A stretch of DNA of 42,581 nt from an uncultured Actinomycetes bacterium (GTDB lineage: Bacteria; Actinomycetota; Acidimicrobiia; Spongiisociales; DATADW01). Shown here piece after piece: positions 35,586 to 42,581 of this stretch (its first letter is position 1; every line of letters starts with the position of its first letter). The position numbers were made by a program, and so were the translations under genes. The stretch covers positions 62,001 through 104,581 of the forward strand of contig CAWGRK010000014.1 of the NCBI GenBank assembly GCA_963824995.1, in the 5' to 3' direction. Below the pieces are notes generated by a model, which was not told the origin of the DNA, made no database searches, and saw only the letters and a program-made list of their open reading frames with translations.

Positions 35586-36514
35586 TCAGGCGGCGCGGCG
35601 GTCGGGCGATTCGATGTGGTGGGCGGCCTCCACGAGCGCGGCGACTACGGCCCTGACCGCCGCGGTCGCCGATCCGGCCGGGCGGTTGAGCGCATAGAGA
35701 TTGCGGTGCAACCCGGGTAGCGGGACGAGCCGCGCCCCATCCGGGCACCGGGTCGCTGCCAGCCCGGGGATGATGGCCACTGCCAGACCTGCGGCGACGA
35801 TGTCGAGGATCACGACCCCGTCGTCGGTTTGGTAGCGGACGTCGGGTTCGAACCCGGCGGCCCGGCAGAGCTGCTCGGCGGCACGCCGGCACTCTCCTGC
35901 CTCCTGGTCGCGCCCCGCCGCCCAGTGCATCCCGGCGAGCGACGCCAAGCCCGTCGGCACCGAGCGGGTCGGCGTCGAGGTTGCGGGGGAGTGCCATGTA
36001 GATGCGATCCGACATGAGGTCGTTCCGGTCCAGGCCCGCTTCGGGAGACTTGGGCATGTGCGAGTACTCCTGCTCGACCGCGATGTCGATGGTGCCCAGC
36101 CTGAGCTCGCGCAGCAGTTGGTCCTCCGCCAGATGCTCGAAGTAGAGGTCGATCCCGGGGTGTCTTCTGCATCAGCAGATCGAAGGCGGGTGGGATCAGA
36201 TTCGAGGCGACACTGGCGTAGCCCCCCACCTTGACGCTGCCCGCCATTTCGTTGCCGGTGAGCGCAACGGCGGCCTCGGCCTGCTCGACGGCATCGAGAA
36301 CCCGACGGGCGTGATCCACCAGCACCTGACCAGCGGCGGTGAGGGCCACGCCGCGACCTCTCCGTTCCAGCAGTTCGACGCCCGCCTCCTGCTCGAGAGC
36401 GGTGAGCTGTTGCGACACCGCCGACGGCGTGTAGGCAAGGGCGTCGGCGGCGGCGGCGATGGTGCCCCGCTCCGCAACTTCCAACAGGAACCTGAGTCGT
36501 CTCGGATCGATCAT
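35586..36514 (-). CDS. LysR-family regulator (frameshifted)
   Basis: RGTIAAAADALAYTPSAVSQQLTALEQEAG..LLER.GRGVALT, AGFEP, AGLAVAIIP. Confidence 0.92.
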
Positions 36515-36544
36515 CCAGTAACTCTAACGCATTTGATCAAGAAA

Positions 36545-36561
36545 CATCACTGGACGTGATG
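36545..36561. promoter_or_regulatory. Probable LysR box
   Basis: CATCAC-TGGAC-GTGATG palindrome containing T-N11-A, in the divergent intergenic region. Confidence 0.6.
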
Positions 36562-36601
36562 CATTTCATTGCCGGCACGATGGCACAGGAAGGAGGTCGA
36601 G

Positions 36602-36764
36602 ATGTTTGCTGCTGTATGCGATCGGACGGGCGGAGGGTGTTCTCGACATGGCCGATGTCGTGTCACTCGAGGCGGTCGAGGACGGTTTCCACTCTGCGCT
36701 ATCGGTGCCTGTGCGGAGACTGGCGTCCACCTGCTTGAGCCGTCGCCATCGCCGAGCAGCCTGA
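36602..36764 (+). CDS. Small Cys-containing hypothetical protein divergent from lysR (frameshifted)
   Basis: AGGAGGT ribosome-binding site. Joined frames give MFAAVCDRTG.RVF.DMADVVSLEAVEDGF.LRYRCLCGETGVHLL. Confidence 0.5.
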
Positions 36765-36769
36765 CGGGC

Positions 36770-37767
36770 TCAGCCCTCCATGCGCCGCTTCGACGGTTGC
36801 ACCCGCGGAGGCTCGCCGGGCATCTTGGGGTACATCGGGGGCCATGGGGCATCGCCGATCCCGTCCTTCTCGTCCCGAGCCATCCACTCCAGGAGCAGGT
36901 CGATGCGCCCGGGGTCGTCGTCGATTCCAGCAGTCACATCCCCCACGCTGCGGTAGCGGTCGCCGAACCGATCGAGCGGGAAAGTCCTCGATGTGGACGT
37001 CGTCGAGTTCCTCCCAGCGGAATGGAGCGGAGACGAAACCGGTGGGGCGCACCCCATACGCAGATGAGACCGTCTTGTCGCGGGCGTTCTGGTTGAAGTC
37101 GACGAAAATTCCCCGACGCTCCTCTTTCCACCACTTCGTCGTCACCAGGTCGGGCATGCGCCGCTCCAACTCGCGGGCGAAGGCGAGCACCGCCCGCCTC
37201 GTCTGGATGAAGTCCCAAATCGGCTCGATCCGGATGTAGACGTGGATGCCCCGACTACCCGAGGTCTTGGGCCATCCGACAAGGCCGATTTCGTCGAGCA
37301 GTTCCCTGGCTCCGCCCGCAGCCTTTCGCACGTGGTCGAAGTCGAATCCGGGGGTGCGGATCGAAGTCGAGCCGCAACTCGTCGGGATGGTCGATGTCCT
37401 CGGCACGTGATGGCCACGGGTGAAAATCGAGGCAACCGAGTTGTGCCAGACGGAGGACGTCGGCCTCGGTGCGCGGCACGTTCATGATCCCGGGACGTTG
37501 CGAGGGGAAGACGATCGGCACGGTTTCGAACGGTGTGTTCGCTGCGGCCCGCTTGTGATAGACGGGATCGTGTTCCACGTCCTGCATGTACCGCTTGAGC
37601 ATCGTGGGTCGCCCGAAGATCCCGCGGAGCGCCCCTTCGGCCACCGTGACGAAGTGCTCGGAGACATCCCGCTTGGTCCAGCCCTGCTTGGGGAAGACCA
37701 CCCGATCGGGGCTGGTGATGCGGACCTTCTCGCCCCCGACGTCGACATTGAACTCGTCGGCCATCAC
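36770..37767 (-). CDS. Stand-alone LigD-type primase-polymerase (Prim-PolC-like; frameshifted)
   Basis: RITSPDRVVFP, LGCLDFHPW, HPDELRLDFDP, PKTSGSRGIH, FVDFNQNARDKT, PGEPPRVQPS. Confidence 0.88.
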
Positions 37768-37771
37768 GAGG

Positions 37772-37820
37772 GACGGTAGACGGCGGACGGCGGACGGCAG
37801 CCAATCCACTCCGTCCCCGG
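37772..37820. repeat. GACGGCR heptamer array with a TCCGTCCCC motif
   Basis: GACGGTA GACGGCG GACGGCG GACGGCA, then CTCCGTCCCCG. This is the reverse complement of the arrangement at 18946-18999. Confidence 0.7.
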
Positions 37821-38011
37821 GAAGAGGAGAGAAATCAAGTTCCGCACCAGCAGCTATAGAGGGCTGTCCGGCGAGCCCGAAGGGGGTGAATTCCGTCCGG
37901 CCCCTCTCGGCGATCACCACGAATCAGCGCGGCTGAACGCTTGACTGTGACGCCAGCCAGGCGGCCGGATTCGGTAGGGTCGAGATCCTGCCGGGAGCGA
38001 GGAGACCTCTG

Positions 38012-39226
38012 ATGACGGTGGGCAGTGAGGTCGAGGAGGCGTTCGTCGACCGCTGGATCGACAACGCCTACGGCTGCTTCAGCTCGGGGCACAAGTTCTG
38101 CCGCGAGGTGTGCCCGGTGATGCAGGTGACCCGCAACGAGAACCACACCCCAACGGCCTTTCACGCCAACATCGTGGCGATGAGCCAGGGAGGGCTCGGG
38201 GTGGAGGACGTGATCGACGACTACGTCCACTGCACCATGTGCGGCGCCTGCGAGCTTCGCTGTCCCAACACGCTCTTCACCGGCGACTTCTACCGGCACC
38301 GCACCCAGACGGTTCGGGTGGTCAAGGCGATGCGGGCCTTGGCGGTGGAGTCGGGGATTCACCAGCCCAACTGGCAGCGCTGGAACTCGGTCACCGACGA
38401 GCAGCGCAACGAGCCGGTGGTCGATGGGGTCAGCCAGGACCGCGTCGCCGATTGGGCTGAGGGGTTGGGGCTTCCAACAGGCGGCGAGACCATCCTCTTC
38501 TGCGATTGCGAGGCCGCGTTCTATCGCACCTCGGTAGCCCGGGCCACCGCCATGATCCTCCAAGCGAGTGGTATCGAGTTCGGGCTAATGGCCGAGCAGT
38601 GGTGCTGCGGCGGTCCTGCCGCAGAGATGGGCTACGCCGACCAGGCCCGTCGCTTCGCCGAGCACAATGTCGCCGACTGGCGGGCGGTGGGAGCGCGGCG
38701 GATCATCGCCATCGACCCTCACGACTACATCGCCTTCACCGAGGACTACCCCGACTACTTCGGTGATGACTTCGACTTCGAGATCGTCTACATCACCGAG
38801 TTGGTGGCCGGACTGATAAGCGAGGGAAAGCTGGAACTGTCCAACCCGATCGACCGCACAGTCACCTACCACGACCCATGCCGGCTCAACAAGCGGAAGG
38901 GAATCTGGGAGTCGCCCCGCAATATCCTGGGCGCCATCCCCGGCATCACCTTCCGCGACATCGACCGCGTCACGCAGTGGTCGTACTGCTCGGGCGCCGG
39001 TGGCGGCTTCGCCATCGAGCGACCCGAGATCGCCGAGGAGATCAGCCGGCGCCGTATGGAGCTGGCCGCCGATCTCGACGTGGACACCCTCGTGAGCGCC
39101 TGCGTCTGGTCGGAGCGCCCCCTTGCCGAGCGGGGGAGAGAAAGGGACCCGGTTATCGAGGTGCGTGATCTGATGGAGTTGGTCGCCGAGTCCGCTGGGC
39201 TCGACTTCGGGGGGGTGAGCCGGTGA
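38012..39226 (+). CDS. (Fe-S)-binding CCG-domain protein (GlcF/HdrD-like)
   Basis: CFSSGHKFCREVCP, CTMCGACELRCP, CCGG, YHDPC, CSGAGGG. Confidence 0.9.
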   Translation: MTVGSEVEEAFVDRWIDNAYGCFSSGHKFCREVCPVMQVTRNENHTPTAFHANIVAMSQGGLGVEDVIDDYVHCTMCGACELRCPNTLFTGDFYRHRTQTVRVVKAMRALAVESGIHQPNWQRWNSVTDEQRNEPVVDGVSQDRVADWAEGLGLPTGGETILFCDCEAAFYRTSVARATAMILQASGIEFGLMAEQWCCGGPAAEMGYADQARRFAEHNVADWRAVGARRIIAIDPHDYIAFTEDYPDYFGDDFDFEIVYITELVAGLISEGKLELSNPIDRTVTYHDPCRLNKRKGIWESPRNILGAIPGITFRDIDRVTQWSYCSGAGGGFAIERPEIAEEISRRRMELAADLDVDTLVSACVWSERPLAERGRERDPVIEVRDLMELVAESAGLDFGGVSR

Positions 39227-40722
39227 CCGTGGCGCTCGACGATCGGGTGATCGATGAGTTGCGGGGAATCGTGGGCGACGACCACCTGCTCACCGGTCGC
39301 TCCGCCCGTTACAACCGAGCCCGGGTGCCCTCGCCTTTTCCGGTGCACCGCTGGAGCGAGCACCTACCCGACGTGGTGGTCCTCCCCACCTCGGGGAGCC
39401 AAGTATCCGAGGTTGTGAAGCTGGCCAACCGTCACCGGATCCCAGTGGTTCCCAGGGCGGGGGGCACCGGACTCGCCGACGGGGCCGTGCCGCTACGGGG
39501 CGGAATCCTGGTCGACGTCAAGCTGATGAACCGCATTCTCGACATAGACATGGAGGACCGCACGGTCACCGTCCAGCCCGGGATCAACATGCTCAAGCTC
39601 AACGAGCAGCTCCGTCCCTATGGGGTGTTCTATCCGGACGATCCGGCCTCCTACCCCTGCTCGATCGTGGGCGGCCGGATCGGAACCAGCGGTTGGTCGC
39701 TGATCGGCGGCCGATACGGGCACACCCGCGATCTGGTGATCAGTTTCCAGATCTGCCTCCCCACCGGTGAGCTGATCGAGGTAGGCGATGGGGGAGGGCG
39801 CAAGCTGCGCAAGTCGTCGACAGGGTTCCAGCTCAAGCACCTATTCATGGGGCATCAGGGGAGCCTGGGGATCGTCACCGAGGCGACCTTGGAGCTGGTG
39901 CCCCGCCCCGAAGCGGAGTTCTCCGCCTTCCTCGGCTACCCCGACTTTGACACCGCCTGGCGCTCCGCGGGGGCAATGGCCCGTTCCGGGCTGGCCACCC
40001 TTGCTGGGGTGGTGCTCTTCGACGAGCGCAAGGTTCAGTACCTGCGGCGAGACGACGAGGCCTACATCCCCCAACCCGAGGAACTGCGGTGCGTGGTGGC
40101 CACCGCCATGTACGGGACCATCGATGAGGTGCGGCCGGCGGCGAAGCGCTTGATGAGCATCGGGCTCGACACCGGGGGGAACTACCTGGGTGACGAGGTC
40201 TCCCAGGGGGATTGGGCATCGCGCCACGACCGTTACGCAACCCCGCTCCACGGGCGGCTGCGCAACGGCCAGGTCGTCCCAATGAGCTGGCACTGCGAGG
40301 ACTCGGCGCTCAACTACAGCGTCCTCCCCCAGGTGCGGGAGGAGTGGCACGCCATCGCCGACCGGGCCATCGAGCGCTACGGGATCTTCGACGACTGGGG
40401 GATGTTCTTCTACACCAACGCCGCTCACAAGCCTTGGGGCGACTACCTGGTGGAGATCGACATCGGGATCTGGGAGCAGAAGCTCGACGACGAGATGTGG
40501 GCTGCCTGGGTGCAGGTCAAACGCGAGATCACCGAGGTGGCGCTCAAGTACGGCGGGTCGATCACCGCCTGCCACGGCTCGACCCGGGAGGGCGACGCCG
40601 AGTACGTACCCCAGGAGATGGGAGGCGGGTTCGAAGTCATGAAGAAGATCAAGCGTGCACTCGACCCCAACAACATCATGAACCCGGGAAAGAACATGCT
40701 CGACCTGGCATACGAGGACTGA
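39223..40722 (+). CDS. FAD-binding oxidoreductase, VAO/GlcD superfamily
   Basis: PDVVVLP, PRAGGTGL, VQPG, YPDDPAS, GSLGIVTE, IKRALDPNNIMNPGK. Confidence 0.92.
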   Translation: MTVALDDRVIDELRGIVGDDHLLTGRSARYNRARVPSPFPVHRWSEHLPDVVVLPTSGSQVSEVVKLANRHRIPVVPRAGGTGLADGAVPLRGGILVDVKLMNRILDIDMEDRTVTVQPGINMLKLNEQLRPYGVFYPDDPASYPCSIVGGRIGTSGWSLIGGRYGHTRDLVISFQICLPTGELIEVGDGGGRKLRKSSTGFQLKHLFMGHQGSLGIVTEATLELVPRPEAEFSAFLGYPDFDTAWRSAGAMARSGLATLAGVVLFDERKVQYLRRDDEAYIPQPEELRCVVATAMYGTIDEVRPAAKRLMSIGLDTGGNYLGDEVSQGDWASRHDRYATPLHGRLRNGQVVPMSWHCEDSALNYSVLPQVREEWHAIADRAIERYGIFDDWGMFFYTNAAHKPWGDYLVEIDIGIWEQKLDDEMWAAWVQVKREITEVALKYGGSITACHGSTREGDAEYVPQEMGGGFEVMKKIKRALDPNNIMNPGKNMLDLAYED

Positions 40723-40725
40723 TCG

Positions 40726-40989
40726 ATGTTCGGGTTCACATTGAGAGCACAGCGTCCGCCCGATCCCCGGCCGGTCACCGACGGGGTGGTGATGCGCTTC
40801 GAGCACGTGTACGAGGTCGATCCGGAGCGGATGGAGATCTTTCCTCAGCAGGAAATGCCCGCCTGGGACACGATGCGGATCGTCGCCTCCCGCTGGGCCC
40901 ACCTCGCCTGGATGCACGACCACTTCGCAGACACCTTGGTCTCCGGCGAGGAGCTCATCGCCGAGTTGGAAGCCGGGGAGAGTTCGTAG
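40726..40989 (+). CDS. Small hypothetical protein (87 aa) in the same operon
   Basis: Starts 3 nt after the upstream stop codon. Codon usage looks coding. Confidence 0.7.
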   Translation: MFGFTLRAQRPPDPRPVTDGVVMRFEHVYEVDPERMEIFPQQEMPAWDTMRIVASRWAHLAWMHDHFADTLVSGEELIAELEAGESS

Positions 40990-40999
40990 GTCCGGCGGG

Positions 41000-42133
41000 C
41001 TATGGGCGCCCGCGCACGTAACTATCCCACCGCCGGCTAGCGCCCGATTGGGCAGCCACTCGCGTGCCGCTCTGACCGCTCAACGCCAGAGCGGGCATCA
41101 CCCGATCGTGAATCAGTTGCAGTTGGCCGGCGGCGTCCGGGCAGTTGTCGATCGTCCTCCCGGTGAACGCGTTGACCAGGTAGGGGTCGGTGATGGCAGC
41201 CACCACATGGTTGATGCCGGTGGGGAGGATGTCGGCTTGCAGCCTGGCGACGCATTCCTCAGGTGTCCCTGAGATCGACAGCTTCTCGCCCAGTTCCGGG
41301 CTGGTGAGGTCGACCGCCTTCTGCACGTCACCGGCACCGAACGCCTCGAAGATCGGGGCCAGGTCGGCTGAGGAGATCCCGTGCCGCTTCAACTGGGGCT
41401 CAGGCATGGCGGAGAGGTAGAAGGCGACCATGATCCTGGCCACCTCCTTGGCCGCCGCCGAGTCCTCGCCGCACACCCAGACCACCCAGGCGGCGAGGTC
41501 GAGGCTCTCCCAGTCGCGTCCCGCCTTTTCGGCGCCGTCCTTGACGTGCTGCATGACGTAGTCGTAGTTCTCGCGTGAGTAGCCCAGCGCGTGGTGGAGA
41601 CCGTCAAAACGCTCCCCTGCCACTTCGAACGAGCGGGGACCGCCCATGGCGCCAAGCTTGACCGGCATCCTTTCCTGCACCGGGCGGGCCAGCGTCCACA
41701 ATCCGGAGTAGCTGAAGAACTCCCCCTCGTGAGTGACCGCGCCCTCGTCCAACAGGCTGCGCATCACATCCTGGGCCTCGATAACCCGGGAGAGCGGCTT
41801 GGTGCCCTTCCAGGGCCGGTTGTACTGGGCGAGCAGCGAGATGTTCCCAAAGCTGACCACCAGGTCGGCCCGACCCCCGGACAGCTCGTCGAGCGTGGCC
41901 AGTTGCTGGACAATCAGCGTCGGGTCACGCAGGATGACGTGGGTGACGCTCGGCCCCATCTTGATCTGGCTGGTGCGAGCGGAGGCGGCGGCGAAGAGGA
42001 GCCACATGTCCTTCCACCAGGTTTCGTCGACCGAGTATGCGCCGTAGAACCCGAGCTGGTCCGCCTTCTCGATCAGGCCGATCGACTCTTCGAGCGGGTA
42101 TGCCGGCAGATGCATGTAGCTGACGTTGACCAT
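41000..42133 (-). CDS. LLM-class (Mer-like, probably F420-dependent) oxidoreductase; true 3' end may be earlier
   Basis: GGAGGT ribosome-binding site, GPSVTH..RDP..ATLDELSGGRA, GAMGGP, GTPEEC. Confidence 0.88.
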   Translation of the reverse strand: MVNVSYMHLPAYPLEESIGLIEKADQLGFYGAYSVDETWWKDMWLLFAAASARTSQIKMGPSVTHVILRDPTLIVQQLATLDELSGGRADLVVSFGNISLLAQYNRPWKGTKPLSRVIEAQDVMRSLLDEGAVTHEGEFFSYSGLWTLARPVQERMPVKLGAMGGPRSFEVAGERFDGLHHALGYSRENYDYVMQHVKDGAEKAGRDWESLDLAAWVVWVCGEDSAAAKEVARIMVAFYLSAMPEPQLKRHGISSADLAPIFEAFGAGDVQKAVDLTSPELGEKLSISGTPEECVARLQADILPTGINHVVAAITDPYLVNAFTGRTIDNCPDAAGQLQLIHDRVMPALALSGQSGTRVAAQSGASRRWDSYVRGRP

Positions 42134-42205
42134 CGCTGAGACCTCCTCCGCCCGTGGGCACTCCCGTCGGGCGAGACTATCAATGCCTGAACGGCCGGGG
42201 CCTGC

Positions 42206-42581
42206 TCACAGCGTGATATTCGACATCACATGCTTGACCCGCGTGTACTCCTCGAACGAGTAGATCGAGAGGTCCTTGCCGTAGCCGGACTGCTTGAAAC
42301 CGCCGTGGGGCATCTCGGCCACCAGCGGGATGTGGCAGTTGATCCAGACGCACCCGTAGTTGAGCTGCTTCGCCATCCGCATTGCCCGCCCGTGATCCCG
42401 GGTCCACACGCTGGAAGCCAGCCCGTACTTGACTCCGTTCGCCCAGACCAGTGCCTTCTCCTCGTCGTCGAACCGCTGCACGGTGATGACCGGCCCGAAG
42501 ATCTCCTCCTGGCTCATCTCGTCGTTCCTGGTCGAGCCCCGCCAACACCGTCGGCTGATGGAAGAAACCGGGGCGGTCGAG
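42206..42581 (-). CDS. Aldehyde dehydrogenase, aminobutyraldehyde-dehydrogenase-like (3' part)
   Basis: [41 protein letters not shown]. Confidence 0.9.
   Translation of the reverse strand, partial: STAPVSSISRRCWRGSTRNDEMSQEEIFGPVITVQRFDDEEKALVWANGVKYGLASSVWTRDHGRAMRMAKQLNYGCVWINCHIPLVAEMPHGGFKQSGYGKDLSIYSFEEYTRVKHVMSNITL

Noticed and set aside
36770..37767. Prim-Pol as a marker of a mobile element or defence system
   Set aside because: It matches the chromosomal LigD/Prim-PolC repair type, and there is no integrase, helicase or att site nearby.
37768..37920. N-terminal extension of Prim-Pol, or a hydantoinase-like fragment (ERGRTEFTPFGLAG)
   Set aside because: The resemblance is too short, the frame runs through a repeat array, and a leaderless start at 37767/37764 fits better.

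Overview
High-GC bacterial chromosomal window, about 45 genes, most likely from an actinobacterium (Acidimicrobiia-like; inferred from protein families and promoter style). Many genes are split across reading frames by single-base indels, which look like uncorrected long-read errors rather than real pseudogenes. Content from left to right: a xanthine-dehydrogenase-family molybdoenzyme operon; paaAB with a textbook PaaR operator; an MpaB/DUF2236 protein, ppa and acnA; an XRE-HTH plus nucleotidyltransferase module; an LLM oxidoreductase and asparaginase; a ~12 kb tryptophan/anthranilate region (aryl-CoA ligase, TDO, TrpB2, RidA, enoyl-CoA hydratase, an AbmA-like monooxygenase, an LLM and an acyl-CoA dehydrogenase); a SufR-like regulator with Mrp; a UbiE plus UbiA-like pair; NUDIX; a LacI-GH65-ABC sugar locus; LysR; Prim-Pol; a GlcF/GlcD-like trio; another LLM; and an aldehyde dehydrogenase. 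No rRNA, tRNA, CRISPR or transposase was recognised. Best leads: (1) TrpB2 inside a Trp/anthranilate catabolic region, a possible indole-to-Trp-to-anthranilate funnel; (2) an AbmA whose OYE reductase motif has lost both histidines and which is translationally coupled to an LLM; (3) an unannotated stand-alone ClpX zinc-finger microprotein; (4) a GlcD-like enzyme with a non-canonical active site; (5) pervasive leaderless promoters and several REP-like or heptamer repeat families.
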